DNA of 36,968 bases, from the NCBI GenBank assembly GCA_000934665.2, contig JYFJ02003858.1, positions 1 to 36,968 on the forward strand, given 5' to 3'. This document shows, piece after piece, positions 21,683 through 36,968 of this stretch. The position numbers and the translations under genes are program-made. Under the pieces are notes generated by a model, which did not search any database, was not told the DNA's origin, and saw nothing but the letters and a program-made list of their open reading frames with translations. The stretch is from Catajapyx aquilonaris. Its lineage: Eukaryota. The stretch's first letter is position 1. Every line of letters begins with the position of its first letter.

Positions 21683-22170
21683 CAATGACTTAGAGGAAGT
21701 AGACCACTTAACACGATGCTGCTAGCCCCATCAACCTGAAGCTGAAAAACCCTTTGTCTTTCCCTGTACTGTCATGGCGGCCAGAGTATGTCAAATCACG
21801 TTCCAAATGCTTGGTGGCTTGTACTTGGCAGAATTAAGGGTTTTTGATAGTTATTGTGGTAGTTATTTCAGGAAACTAATTTCAAAATCTAGATCATACT
21901 GTTACCCGCCTATACAAGGATAGAGTGAACCCGGGAAACCGAAGTTGAATTTAGAATATATTTTGACACACTGAATTCGCAATCTAAAACTGTTTGTTAA
22001 ATATTTGTTGAATATAATCTCCCTATGAACTTGCTGTCCCAGCACAGGCTCATTTGAAACTTATTTGCGAAATTTCCCGCAATTCTTTCCCTCTAGTGTC
22101 ATGGCCGCTAGATTTTTAATTCGGTTCAATTGGGCTGCCGGTTGAGCTGTCTATTTTCTCTACATCATTG
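21683..22170. mobile_element. Second member of the CAATGA-TIR MITE family with a different interior
   Basis: Ends homologous to 15962-16622 (GCTAGCCCCATCAACCTGAAGC; GTCTATTTTCTC); TSD CTTCTTCC/TTTCTTCC. Confidence 0.8.
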
Positions 22171-22686
22171 TTTCTTCCCCCTTCCCGTCAGCATTTGGTG
22201 GTGTTGCCAGATGAAGGTGTGGTACTTTTAAATCATGATTAAACTATGGAATTGGTGATTATTTTTAATGGAACATAAACCTCTGCATCAAATAATATTT
22301 GGTTTTAAAATCAACTATTCAATCTATAGTTTTCCTTCAATTCCTCTGGTAAATCTTCCTGAATCATAATTCGTTGAGTTTAGGATGCAGAGTGGGCCGG
22401 AGGTCGTGCGAGGAGCCCCCAGGCAGAGGAGGAGCTCTTGTTGACCATCCACATCTTTATGCTCATGACTGTATGTCAGTGTAGATCCTGATTCCTAGTG
22501 GAGATGAAGGATTAGTGTTGTAGCATTATTGGAAGTCAGATTGATTATGATAATGTTACCATCACACTCACAGTTATTTTCAATGAAAGTGCCTCATATA
22601 TTTGTGTCTTGCTATTTCAGAGTGGTGTTGAAACGTGCTGTGATAAGAACTAAAAACGAACCACGTGATCAGGAAGAGGAGCAACA

Positions 22687-23131
22687 ATGGCGTGGACCAA
22701 AGTAAAATCCAGAACTTTCTTCCTGGTTGTGATTGTTGCCATGCTGCTCCTGTGCTGCCAGCTGGTGACCATTTCTGCAGCAGACAGGAACGTGAGAACA
22801 GATGATCTAAAGCCGAATGACAGGCAGGAAGAACCAGAAGTTGTACCTACAACAGCTCAGGATTACTCCTCTTCCAAAACACATAGTGAACAGGATGATT
22901 TTGACGATGAAGAGGAGATTCAAGAAAGGCCAAGGATGGTGTCAGTCAAAGTCACAATAATTCCAGACTTCACTGCTCCTGAGGACCACAGGAGTAAGGG
23001 TGAAAGTGATGGTGGGAGTGGCAGTGATGCTAAGCACCCATTGAAGAAGGGACTTTCGCTTGACCCGGGGTTGGAATTGGACATTCCAGAGATGAAAGAG
23101 GAGGTGCCACTCACTGAGGAAGAGAAGCAAG
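22687..23131 (+). CDS. SEL1L: SEL1L/Hrd3 coding exon 1: signal peptide plus acidic low-complexity N-terminus
   Basis: acaATGG start, hydrophobic signal-like FFLVVIVAMLLLCCQLVTISA, acidic region ending LTEEEKQ, donor G|GTTGGT (phase 1 matches next exon). Upstream acceptor tatttcag| at 22620 implies at least one non-coding 5' exon. Confidence 0.85.
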
Positions 23132-23780
23132 GTTGGTATTAGTGTGCAGATACTGTTTTCCTTTGAATGACCAATGATAATGTTGCTAATATGAAGGCAA
23201 AATCAAGGCATCTTGCAATCTTGCTACCAACTCTCATCCAGCGGTGATGTTATTTATCTAGTAGTGAGAATTCTTGAAGTGAATAGAGCCTCTCGCAATG
23301 CACTTGCAATAGTTTATATGTGACCAGCAAAGCCACAGGTCATTTGCTTGCACATGGCTCCCTGGCTGGATTTTTTTCTTTTCCTAAGATGTCTGTGCCA
23401 AGCTTTGCCATATCCAATATCCAAGCTTTGGTTATGTGGGTTATCCAGGATAAGTCTGCAAAGTGTACATCAAATTAGAGTTTACCTAAGGTAAGTTTAT
23501 TCAGCTGTTATAAGTTTTTCCATCTCACAGTTCCATACCTGGCCACATGAAGAGGACTACTAAAACTCAGAAGGCTGCACAAACTTTCCTTGGGCAGTTC
23601 TACTCAGTGACTACCCCCTTATTCCCAGCATTCTTATTTTGTGTGTGTAATTGACACACTTAAAAAGTACTCATACGTGAAAGGTTTCACAGACAGAAAT
23701 GTTTTGCTGTTATTGTGTTACTTTTTAAATTGCCAAAATATAGCTGAACTTCATGAAAATACTTTCTAATTGTCAACCAG

Positions 23781-24004
23781 CTCAAGAGCTGTATGAAACG
23801 GCCATGACTATGCTGAATGCAACTAAACCCAAGAAACAACAAGCATATGAACTTCTCCAGAGGTCAGCTTTGCTTGGTCATCATTTAGCTCATGAAAAGA
23901 TTGCCTGGGCTCAGGTCCTAGGATCACCTCTCCCTCAAGATCTCGAATCAGCCCGGGCAACTTTTGCAGAGCTGGCTGCTCTCGGGATGCATGATTCTCA
24001 AATG
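23781..24004 (+). CDS. SEL1L: SEL1L coding exon 2
   Basis: caaccag|CT CAA GAG; AQELYETAM...LGMHDSQM; donor |GTATGT; start of Sel1 repeats. Confidence 0.92.
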
Positions 24005-24059
24005 GTATGTGTATGAAAATGCAACATGAAGACAGTTTTTGATGTAATGTCATGATTGA

Positions 24060-25702
<1,643 letters not shown>

Positions 25703-26203
25703 TAATCCTTCCGAAAACAAGTGGCACTTTCATTATCTTAACCGCACCAGCAGTGATAAACTTGGAAGATTAGGTCGTCACAACCAGACAGCACTGCTTG
25801 TGCCCATGTGATACAGAGGATCTCTGAAATTATCCTTGGCATCACATGTAAATTCTGCCTGGTTGTGAAGGTTTTGTCATAAAATAATATACTTGGCCCA
25901 AGCTAAGGGGGTGCTGCTTTCTGGGTTTTTCCAGCCTTCCTCACCATACCTGCTCATACTAAGTGGGTTGTAAAAACCCAAATACCTGTGCAAACTGAGC
26001 ATGTGCCAACTATATCTTGTTTTGTTCAGAATGGGAATTGGATTACAAAAGGTGATTGCCACTTGTTCTTGGCCCAACTCTAGTTTATGTAATGTAGTAG
26101 TATGGTATAGTTCCAATATTGTTATGTAATGTGCAAAATACAATTAAATTTTTAGCACAGTACAGTGAAACCTGCCCATTACGGACCCTGGGTATACCGG
26201 AAA

Positions 26204-26346
26204 CCGAGGGGTTACCCACTCTCCTAAAAAGTGTACACCATGATTACTTAACCCATGATTACCGTAGGATTACCTAGATTGCCTATGATTTCCTATGATT
26301 ACCAAACGAAGTGTACACCTGATTACCAGAGTGGGTAACCCCTCGG
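26204..26346. mobile_element. Small MITE nested in the Tigger element
   Basis: Perfect 19 bp TIR CCGAGGGGTTACCCACTCT; internal ATGATTACC repeats; GGAAA duplicated in the flanks. Confidence 0.7.
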
Positions 26347-26548
26347 AGGAAACCTATCCATTACGGAATTTTTCCCGGGAACGGGCATATGCATAGGACA
26401 TGCAATGTATTTTTTGACAGATATTACGGAACCTGCCCAACGCAGAAACGGAAGGGATTTTTGTCTACCTTCAAAGAAAATCCCTGTTCATAACTGAAAT
26501 CAAAAGGTTCACATTATCTCCTGCAAGTCACAAAAATAGAAACTACAG

Positions 26549-26890
26549 TGGGGAGATGAAGTGGCGTCGCGGTAACGCGTGCGCCCACGGATATGAAGGT
26601 CCCGGGTTCAATCCCCACCCGGGGTTCCCACCTTTATCCGTGCAGAGTTGGGCCATCTCTGGCTTCATTTCGGATGGCAATTTCCGACAGACTAAGCCAC
26701 CCAGGGGAGTTCACAAAATGACGATTAGAGACATTGCACTTGCACTTTGCACATCCCCTCCCACCCACCCTTGGAGTACACTAATAAGATTCTATCTTAA
26801 CTCGCTCCAACTAAAACACCAATGGTGGTAATCCACCCCCCCTAAGGAGTACGTAACTCCCCCCGTGGGGTAATGCAAAAAAAAAACAAA
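26549..26890 (+). mobile_element. tRNA-derived SINE (head type B, young)
   Basis: TSD AAACTACAG, poly(A) tail, near-identical body to 20005-20348. Confidence 0.9.
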
Positions 26891-27658
26891 AAACTACAGC
26901 CAGGTTCACTCCCAGGAGGCCTCTGAATAACCCTTTTTGAACTGTCCTTTCACCATACTGTGTCTCCTAATTGCTGGAATTGCTATCGGCCAGTGGCCTT
27001 GAAGATATTAGAGAGAAAGGGACTATTTTTGGTTGGAAAACGGAGATGCGGCTTGTTGGGGGGGCCAAGAAAATTGTGACTTGTGATTCGTAGGTGCCCT
27101 GCCATCAAGTTCACTGTTCAGTCCAGTTTTAAAATGTAGGGGAAGAGGAAGGGGTTGACAAAGGCTCAACGTATTGCCCCTGGCTGGGCAGATGGTCCAA
27201 AAGAGCAGGCAAAATTAATAGCCCAAAAACTTGGTATGGCAAAACTTAGTGTTTCAAATGGGTGGCTGGAAAGTTTCCGCAGCAAGCACATAATTTCACG
27301 GAAAAAAGTGTGTGGTGGACTGATTTTGCACCATATTGAAGGTAAGATGCTTATTTCTTCTCTCGTCATTTACCTTTCTTTCACACTGGCAAAAAACTTA
27401 AGAACATCCTTGACCTGAATATAGCGGAAACCTGTCCATTACGGAAAATTTTTAGGGTCCCGTGCGATTCCGTAATACACAGGTTTCACTGTATTAAGTT
27501 TTTGACCTACATTAGGCTAATAGTAACTGGAAGGCAGGGCTCATTGTTTCAGCAAATTGAGCCTAAGAAATAAGAAAAAAAATCACTGATTCAGAATATG
27601 TAGCAAGTTTCAGTAACAATGTAGTACAACTAATAACAATAACTTTCTTTCTGAATAA

Positions 27659-27853
<195 letters not shown>

Positions 27854-28029
27854 TAGTTGGGATGAGCTGTTAGGGCTGGTTGTATGAAAACAAATTATAC
27901 CCTGGGAAAATATGGCTTGCAAAAGAACAGGGGTTGAATTTTCACCCCACTGCTAGTTTCTGCTAACTTAGCAGTGCCAGTGTTGGCAATGGTACTGCTC
28001 CAACAGGTTCTTTGTAGTAATCAAATTGA

Positions 28030-28179
<150 letters not shown>

Positions 28180-28241
28180 TGACCATATCAATTTACCCTT
28201 CAATGTGTAGCTGCTGCCTTCTGTAGCACTTGTTCTTATGA

Positions 28242-28538
<297 letters not shown>

Positions 28539-28575
28539 TAAATCATTGGATCACCTCCTTTATTCCTCATTGTGC

Positions 28576-28881
28576 GACCGAAGCAGGTTGGTGTAGTGGA
28601 TTTGGAGTCCGCCTGCTAATCGGGAGGTCCTGGGTTCGAATCCCGGGGCCGGCGACCCTGACCGGGATTTTCTGTGGTTTCCCACGGTCCCCCCAGGATA
28701 ATTTCGGGGTCGTTTCCATAAAAATAGGCCACAGCCGTTTCCTTCCGTCCCTATCCTTGGCCCCACCCATGTGTGAAGTAAGAGTCAGAAAAATCGAAGA
28801 AAACTGACAGTGGTATGCCACCCCCTAAAAGGGCTCCACCCTGTCACGGGGTAAAATAAATAAAATAAAAATAAATAAAAA
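28576..28881 (+). mobile_element. tRNA(Ser-like)-derived SINE (head type A)
   Basis: Head homologous to 9489; A-rich tail; TSD TATTC(C/T)TC(A/G)TTGTGC. Confidence 0.88.
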
Positions 28882-29164
28882 TATTCTTCGTTGTGCAAAG
28901 TCCTGCCTTCCTTGAATTACTGCCGTGATTTCTTCCCAATCTTCTCTAATTATGCTTATAAAACCTTCACCATACGCTTTCACAATCTGCCTGTAAATTT
29001 CCACTGAAGGAACAGTTTTAGCATCCAGACATCAGACCACAGATTGTGTTTCACAGTTGGTTGGATTTTTAATTGTTTCATTCACACACATCTTTAAAAC
29101 TGGAGCTAAACTGCAACCATCTGAAAGTATTTGTCTGTGCTGCACGGACACGGCGGCTAAAGGG

Positions 29165-30556
29165 TTAAGAAATAGGCGGTGTAAAGGCCATAACATGAGG
29201 AAATGATGGTGTGACACTGTGGTCGCTGGCATGAATGAGGTTGAAAGTCAATTCACAGTGGGCATTGCAGGAGCAGTAATGGCATCTGAAACAGAGACCA
29301 CTGACCACACAGAGACCACATGTTGGAATGCAGCTGGGAAATGTTAACTTTTTTCTTAAGGACTTTCTTGCATCATAAGTGTGTTTCTGGTCTCATATCC
29401 CAAAAGCAATGTGAGGTATATGAAAGTATTGGTCTAGAGGTGCTTTATTGAAGCATGGGATTGAAACCAGTCCCGTTGTTCAGGAGTATGAATTCATTAG
29501 GATGGCCATGACTGTCCAGCACAACCTCCCGCAGCTCCCTCTCTTTTGTGCTTAGCAAGTCCCCTATCCCTGGATGTGGAGCCCAGTATGCCCGGATGTG
29601 GAGCCCTGTAGCAAAACATATTGGGGCGGATGACTTATGAACTGTTTGTACCCACCTAAATTGTCAATTCCCATTCAGCCCTTGGCCACAGATCCAACCA
29701 TCAGCCACCCGAATGCAATTTGGACCACTGGATCTGGTGATGTGGATCTGCAAACAAGGGCTGAATGGGAATTCACTATTAGATAGGTTCAGTACGGTTC
29801 AGAAGTCGTCCACCCGAATGCGATTTGGTACAGGGCTCCACATTCGGGGATAGGGGACTAGCTAAGCGCACAGCCTTCCCCTTTTGGCTAGATAGGGTGT
29901 TGTGAGGGGCTGGTCCAGCATCTAATGACATTTCATAGTGATGGCCATGCCATGGCCATTGCTGTGTTAGGCTTTAAAAAATTGAATGCCACATATGGTT
30001 GCCTAAGTATCATCATCACGAGAGTTATTCTTGGAGAGCAATGACAGCAATGATTTAGGAGGAAATAGGCAGCATTAGCAAATCCATCTTCCTATCTTAT
30101 TGTGCGTAACAGCCAAAGCTTATTCTTGTATGGGACGAATACTTGCAAAATAAAATCTGATATTTCCGTACAACCTGTATAGGTTTTTGTGTGGCTTTAT
30201 CTCATATCAGTTAGGCCTACCTTCTTAATACCAATGGGGTCCCTACTTTGGTTCCTACTGTAGATAGCCTATTGTTTTGCTGCCATGGACATCACTATCT
30301 TGACACCTGGCCATTGCTATCTGGATGGGTGGCCATTACTGTATTTTACGTAGGATATTTTGTGGATTTAAATGCCGTACATACACACATTCTGTGACAG
30401 ATTCAAGTGAATTTGATGCAGTGTGAACAGGGACAACCTCAGTTATTAGAAACATATTTTAGGACATGTAAATGGAAAGAAAAGGTGAGAATACATGTAT
30501 TAATAAATTGCTGAGACCAATACGCTAAACTGGCCATCATGGTATGGTGTACCCTA
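29165..30556 (-). mobile_element. Copy B of the pogo-like element, left end missing
   Basis: Colinear with 7205-10096 once insertions are removed; ends ...GGTGTACCC|TA; left boundary is a TTAA preceded by a piggyBac-like end GCGGCTAAAGGG|TTAA. Confidence 0.75.
29522..29912. mobile_element. MITE with 8 bp TSD (hAT/P-like)
   Basis: TSD GTCCAGCA (29514, 29913), imperfect TIRs, inverted interior; empty site at about 8249. Confidence 0.8.
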
Positions 30557-31004
30557 CTATGGAAAATTTTAGACAACCCACACCAAAGCGACAACAGACC
30601 TTGCTACTAACATTTTTGTCGGATAGCTCTTCAGAAACACCACAAACCTCTCCTTTTAAAAACTCCCTTTACATTGGTTTTCGGCTGGAGGTCACCACGT
30701 TGGATTTGTGAGGGGTTGTCAAATTTTCCTGTGAGAAAATGTGCCAGAAAATATGGTATCTGGGTTGTCATCTAGTCCATGCTGCCCTCTCGTGCTTAAT
30801 ACGTGGAAATTGGAGTATACATAACTGTTTGTCATGTTTTTTTACATAGTTGCTAGGTGTTCCGGTAAAAATTGGTAAAAAATGAGGGTGAAGTTGATGT
30901 AACATTATCAACCTGATGATCCATGCAATTGAAACCATGAAGTGAGCCTCTACGTTGATGCTAGATGGAGCTTGTGTTTGCAACATTTTATCATCCACTT
31001 TTAA

Positions 31005-31256
<252 letters not shown>

Positions 31257-31511
31257 TGAAAAGATGCCATGGTACTTACTGCATTTAGCATTTGCAATGT
31301 TAGTTCAAATGACATGGAACAAAGTCTACTCTATGCACACATGGTTACACACCAGTCTAGGAACAAATGTAGTACATTGCAAAGGCCTCTTGCTGCAAGC
31401 TTGATCAGGGTTGTCAATATTTTTTGCTGTCTTCATTGTAGCCATTGCTTGCTTTTATTATAGCCATGAGGAAGGACGAAGGGTAGTGACTGATCAAGTT
31501 ATTTTTTTCAG

Positions 31512-31677
31512 TTGTTCAAGAATGTGGCAGAACGTGGGCGCTGGGGTGAGAAGATGATGGAAGCCCACCAAGACTACAGGGAAGGCCGAATTGAAGAGAG
31601 CTTTCTTAAATATACCCTTTTGGGAGAGCTTGGCTATGAAGTTGCACAAAGCAATGCTGCTTTCCTACTGGACAGAC
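31512..31677 (+). CDS. SEL1L: SEL1L coding exon 8
   Basis: tttttcag|LFKNVAERGRWGE...LGYEVAQSNAAFLLDR C|GTACGT. Confidence 0.95.
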
Positions 31678-31997
31678 GTACGTTCATGCAAGCTGTGGCT
31701 AAATGGGTGAGCGAGGCAGGGAGTGGGTCAGCTTGACAGCAGAAGTTCACTTATCCCAAATATGCATGTGCCAACTCAGAATACAATAATCTCTTCACCA
31801 GCCTTGACATCATATTATTACAAAGTTGTTGTGTTGAGCTATAAATAACGGGCAGGCAAATTTGTTAACTAGAAACAATCAGTACTTAGCATTCACTTTT
31901 GCTGTTCTACACCCACTTTAACAACTCCCTCATCACTTTCTCCATGTAATTTTACTTGTGGTTGTGTGCAAAGGATGTGACTGTGTTTCTCAAATGA

Positions 31998-32270
<273 letters not shown>

Positions 32271-33657
32271 TGAATTTTTAATTGAGGTGTAATGGTCACA
32301 AATTAGTTGGTAAGTGGGTCATTCCAGCTCAACTGATGAGTCAAAGTGATGCTCGACCATCTCTGATTTTGCTGAAAAAAATCATGGTTGTACACTCCGA
32401 AGACCTAATGCGAAATATCAAATTTCCGCCCTATTGCGCAACACTGGTGGGAGGGGGGCGCTCTCAAAATTTTGGCTGGATGGGAAACCAGCCCTTTTTG
32501 GCGAATTATTTTGGTGTGGGGCAGTGGTCAAACCCATCAAACATATTGTGTCAATGCAACCAGAAAAATACTTGCCTCGCTTTGCATCAGTGTAATTTTC
32601 AATAATTTAGAACTCAGGAAATTAGTGATGTAATTGCGCCACATATTTAATATTTGGTGACATGAATATAGACCCACATGTGTTTTAATGTCAAGTTTGA
32701 AACTTGAGTCATGCATATTTCTGGAGGTAAGAAATCGGAAACTTTGGGTTTTTGGTCAAATTCGAGACATTTGACCCCAGTTTTCGCTCTATGGCACTTG
32801 TACCACGCGACCGACATATACATCACTGGCCAACGAAATAATATATGTCCCATTACGCCCCTCCGAAGAACAACGGCGTGGTGATTTTTTGAAACTTAGC
32901 GGGTCGAGCGGCGTGTCAAATTGGCATTGTACAGGGTTCCCACGCTGTCGGGAAACTCTTAAGAATGTCGGGAATTCGTATTTGCTTATTCCCGATGTTG
33001 AAAAAGTAGGGATTTCAAGGAAAATGACAAAATGTTGGGAAAATGTCGGGAAAGTGCAAAAATATTCGGAAAACCAAAGAATGGATGGACAGTATAGGTA
33101 CCTAGTTCATGGATTTTCCATCACCATGCCTGGGTCACTCAAGGCTCCGTGCACCCCCTACCACCAAAATGCCCCACTTCCCAACAAGCTTAATCCTCAA
33201 AAGGGTTTGGAAGCTAAAATAAGGATGAAGAATTTTGGTGGTGGTCAGGAGGGGGGCCGGGGGGGGGGGGGNGGGGGTAGACAGGGAAAAAACGGAAAAA
33301 CCCAGTCGCAACCCAGGCGGGATTGTTCAAAAAAAATGTTTCACTAAAATTCTGTGTTAATTTTGATATGTTGTGGGAATTATTTATTAATTAAACAGTA
33401 TTTATGTTGAACTTGGTGTCGGTCAACGCATGTGGAAGTGATTGAAAGTGGAGGGATAAATACGAATTATCCTTACGGGAGCCTGGGGAACCCATTCTTA
33501 AGTAAGGATCGCCAGTCAGGTCATTCATAAACTGGGGACTTCTTGCAATGCATAACTTCATGTGGCACAGAATTCTCTTACCGTGAGGTCATCCTTTGTG
33601 ATTGACACATACTTTGCGAAGCTCATTTGCTTTGCCAGCTGGTGACATACCTGCTGA

Positions 33658-33855
<198 letters not shown>

Positions 33856-34093
33856 TGATGGTGCTTTTGAATGGGTAGCAGAAATGTTGACGTGTCTTTC
33901 AGGAAGTCTTTGAAGACCATTATTTGCTCATCTGCTTAGAAGGGAAAGTGACTGCTAAGATAATGCAGTGATATTGCCCAGAAGATTCGGATGATTACTG
34001 TATTTGATGACTTATAAGACGCACTCCCCCCCCCCCTTCCCCCCCAAATGGCTCAAAAAATCGCCCTGGATCTTATATGCGAAAATATCATCA

Positions 34094-34276
34094 AGGCCCA
34101 TACACACAGGCCGTCGACGGTTTTGGTTTTTGGTTGCGTTGACGCCACGGACCAATCATGACCCATGTAAACAAGCTCTAAACAATGGGTTGCGCTTGTT
34201 TACATGAGTCATGATTGGTCCGCGGCATCAACGCTACCAAAAACCAAAACCGTCGACGGCCTGTGTGCATGGGCCT
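34094..34276. mobile_element. PIF/Harbinger-like hairpin MITE
   Basis: AGGCCCATACACACAGGCCGTCGACGG...; near-perfect 183 bp hairpin; TCA TSD. Confidence 0.85.
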
Positions 34277-34577
34277 TCATCTTCACGGCGTTTCCCAAAC
34301 CAAATGTATGATCGTATGACCAAATACATATACAAAAAAAATCTAAAACCTGGTCAGGTACTCGCAGATAATTAAAGGGGGGGGGATACAACAGGTTGCT
34401 GACAGGACAGGCTATGCTGGGATGTTTACTTCGGCAGTGTCCCAGGTGACGTCCACCAACAAAAGACGGGCAAGGCAAGAGGACCATCTCATTGCTTAGT
34501 TGTTGGCACCACCAGACCAAAACCCATCGCCATGCATGGGACGAAGGAGGGAAAATATACTGTATAGGTTTTTTTCC

Positions 34578-35451
34578 TTAACCCAGATATGCCTGGAAAA
34601 GGTTTTGTTGAATTTTTAAGCTTTTTTTGTTTCTATTAGTTCATGTTAGTTCTCAAAACACAAAAAGTGAGATAAAACATTTTTCTGACTGCTTGTTTGT
34701 GAGAAAATGGCCGTTTCCTATAATTATGGGACGCTAAGAAAGTGTAACCTAGTATGGCTATAACAGTTGTTGATTACATTACCATGGCAACCAGCAATAT
34801 CCATAGTTTCATAATATCGTCAATGATTGATTGTTGTCGATCGCATTACCATTGGAAACAGGCCGCGCAAAGAATGGTTGTAATTGAGTAACAATCAACA
34901 ACAATCAAGGATTGTTGCAACGGTTGCCATGTTAATCAATTGGCATGTAATCTCGTTTTAATTGTATGGATTCATTAAAATACAGTTCAACAAATCATAC
35001 AAAATCCACACACATACTTTACTTGTCCAAATGTGGGTGCATTTGCCTCTTGTGTTCCCCCAAGGGACGCCAGATTTCAGCACTACTCTCAGACAAGGAA
35101 AGTAAAAAATATTCCTATATTTCCACATCGACATCTTCATTCATAAGTTTTTTAAGTATTACAAACAAAAAATAACTTATAATGCTAATCAACATTCGAG
35201 GATTAATTACTAATCGTCTTCGGAATGTGGAGGTGCAGCCATTATTTCCTGAGTTAAAATTCAAACACCGGCATCTTAAAAATCTGAAGCAATATTGAGA
35301 AGGTTTGAACTTGTATCGTTAGCTGGGACTCTCCTGAAGCCCCCGTCACTACTGCCAGCTCTTTAGCAGCAGAAGAACCTGCGCAAAAAAATTAAAATGT
35401 AACAACTGTGCAGGTTTCCCCTATAGGGGACACTCGGCATATCTGGGTTAA
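34578..35451. mobile_element. piggyBac-like non-autonomous element
   Basis: TTAA|CCCAGATATGCC...GGCATATCTGGG|TTAA. Confidence 0.8.
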
Positions 35452-35587
35452 TATGATTTTATGATATGGAGGTGCATCTCATATGCCTGTGAATCTTATA
35501 AGCCGTCAAATATGGTACTTATATTGCACGCTTTAAAATTAGGGCCATTTGATACATTCCTTACACAAAATATTGACAATCCTGTAC

Positions 35588-36270
35588 TTAAGTGGGCACT
35601 ACAGTCATCGACCTTCAAAATTTTTTTGTTTTTTTTAATCTTTGAAAAAAATCAAGCGTCTTTTCCGGCGTGGAACGCGGCAAACCGCGTCCCTAAATTC
35701 AAAAAATTGGCGCGTCGGGAGCCGACGCCTGGCAACGACCTTTGGAATCTTTTCACTTTAAACGTGTTTTCTCAGTTTGCCGGATTTGGACACTGCAGGC
35801 ATCGCCCAGGCCACAAAAATTTAGTTATGGACTTCCCACTTCACCAGATTTATCCTCAAACATGGGGCTATTGTTCGGCCTAAAAGAATTAGCCTGCTCA
35901 AACTACTTCTGTTTGTAACTTTAATAAATGTTTTCTCAAAACTGCTTAATTTTGTAGTTATCTTTCCAAAATCGTCAAAAAAATACTAAAACGATTTCAA
36001 AAATTATAATTCTAGGTCAAACAAAAGAAGCCTGAGGTCAAATCTGACTGTTGTAGGTTGACCCCAGCGCCCTAAATCGTGCCCGCAATGGCGTGATGTC
36101 ACGCAGCCCTGGCGGCCCTTCGACACACGAACGTGATTCGCTTATAGGCGCTAATAGGTCTTAGACTTATGTACATTCATGAAAATGAAGTCCCAACTTC
36201 TTGTCTCGAATGGTTTTTTTTTGGGCGATTTTTCACAAAACCCTTGATTTTGACTGTAGTGCCCCCTTAA
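35588..36270. mobile_element. Kolobok-like non-autonomous element
   Basis: TTAA|G(T/G)GGGCACTACAGTCA...TGACTGTAGTGCCCCC|TTAA. Confidence 0.7.
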
Positions 36271-36968
36271 GGGCGCACGGTCACGACGATTTTTCCCACT
36301 CGCGGAGGCCAAGTTGGGCCGAGGGACGGGTGCAGCGTTGTGTTCGCACCGCCGGTGTGGCCGTCTCGCTGGAGGTGCGGACCTGAAATTGTCACAGCAT
36401 GGCGACGAAGAGCCAATTGAGCCTCCCGACCAAGGCTCGATCAGTTCGGATAATAATTGGCGATCTAGAAGGGGGAGAGTTTTTTAAAAACGGGTCACGG
36501 CATCTTGGCCCAGGATGCTAATTTGGGAAGAATCTCGCTTTGTCACGATTGCCGTAGCGCTCCTCTTGCTACTCCTCCAAAGCGCGATTTTTTGGGCCGG
36601 TGGTTTTTGCGCAGGTAGGAAAATCCCGTCACCCCCGCAACAAGTAAAATAGCCGGGAGAACTCGCTGATGAAGAGCGGTTGGTAGTGCAGCCGAGTCGT
36701 CCCCCCACCCCACCTCAACCCTACTCTCCACTTGCTTGCTGAAGGGGGGAACCAACCGGATTGGGATGGTTTTTGGGCTAAAAATGTACGGACGATGCCT
36801 GGTGTTCTGCGTAATCGTGGAATGCATACCATAGAGAATATCACTGAATATGACTTATGCATTATTGTCCCCCACCACCACCAACAAAAATGGAAAGAAA
36901 TAGTAAAAATAGCAGTGATTCGCTTCCGCAAGAAGCAAGTACATTTGTTCCGTCCATTGCATTGGCCA

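Larger units (their letters stand above)
15580..22620. promoter_or_regulatory. Region containing the promoters and 5' UTR exons of divergent FNTB and SEL1L
   Basis: Inferred from the head-to-head orientation; the TSSs cannot be located from sequence alone. Confidence 0.5.
26161..27493 (+). mobile_element. Internally deleted Tigger/pogo element
   Basis: TA|CAGTGAAACCTG...CAGGTTTCACTG|TA; CENP-B/Tc5-type HTH remnant AKLIAQKLG...SNGWLESFRSKH at about 27190-27320. Confidence 0.85.

Noticed and set aside
32333..32360. Hammerhead core CTGATGA (also at 6937 and 36667)
   Set aside because: No correctly placed GAAA and stem I/III pairing.
33903..33971. Possible terminal SEL1L exon after tctttcag (EVFEDHYLLICLEGK...)
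   Set aside because: No similarity to the expected WDLYL-type transmembrane segment and Pro-rich tail.

Overview
Eukaryotic (arthropod, most likely insect) genomic DNA, not prokaryotic. It holds two spliced housekeeping genes arranged head-to-head. On the minus strand are the first four coding exons of protein farnesyltransferase beta (FNTB; ATG at 15579, continuing beyond the left edge). On the plus strand are ten coding exons of the ERAD adaptor SEL1L/Hrd3 (ATG at 22687; the C-terminal transmembrane exon was not found and probably lies beyond the right edge). Exon phases are consistent in both models, and SEL1L has one GC-AG intron. The introns and the 7 kb between the start codons are packed with transposable elements. 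These include long foldback elements of the Tc1/mariner type, PIF/Harbinger-, hAT-, P-, Tigger-, piggyBac- and Kolobok-like MITEs with visible TSDs, a decayed full-length mariner, and eight tRNA-derived SINEs with apparently shuffled head/body/tail modules, often nested several layers deep. The most unusual object is a P/hAT-like MITE about 380 bp upstream of the FNTB start. It carries a loop-less palindrome of about 289 bp with two outward-facing TATAAA boxes and central YY1-like motifs, followed by a strongly structured segment. I see no intact novel protein-coding system. TE superfamily names are inferred from TIR/TSD patterns only, not from database searches.
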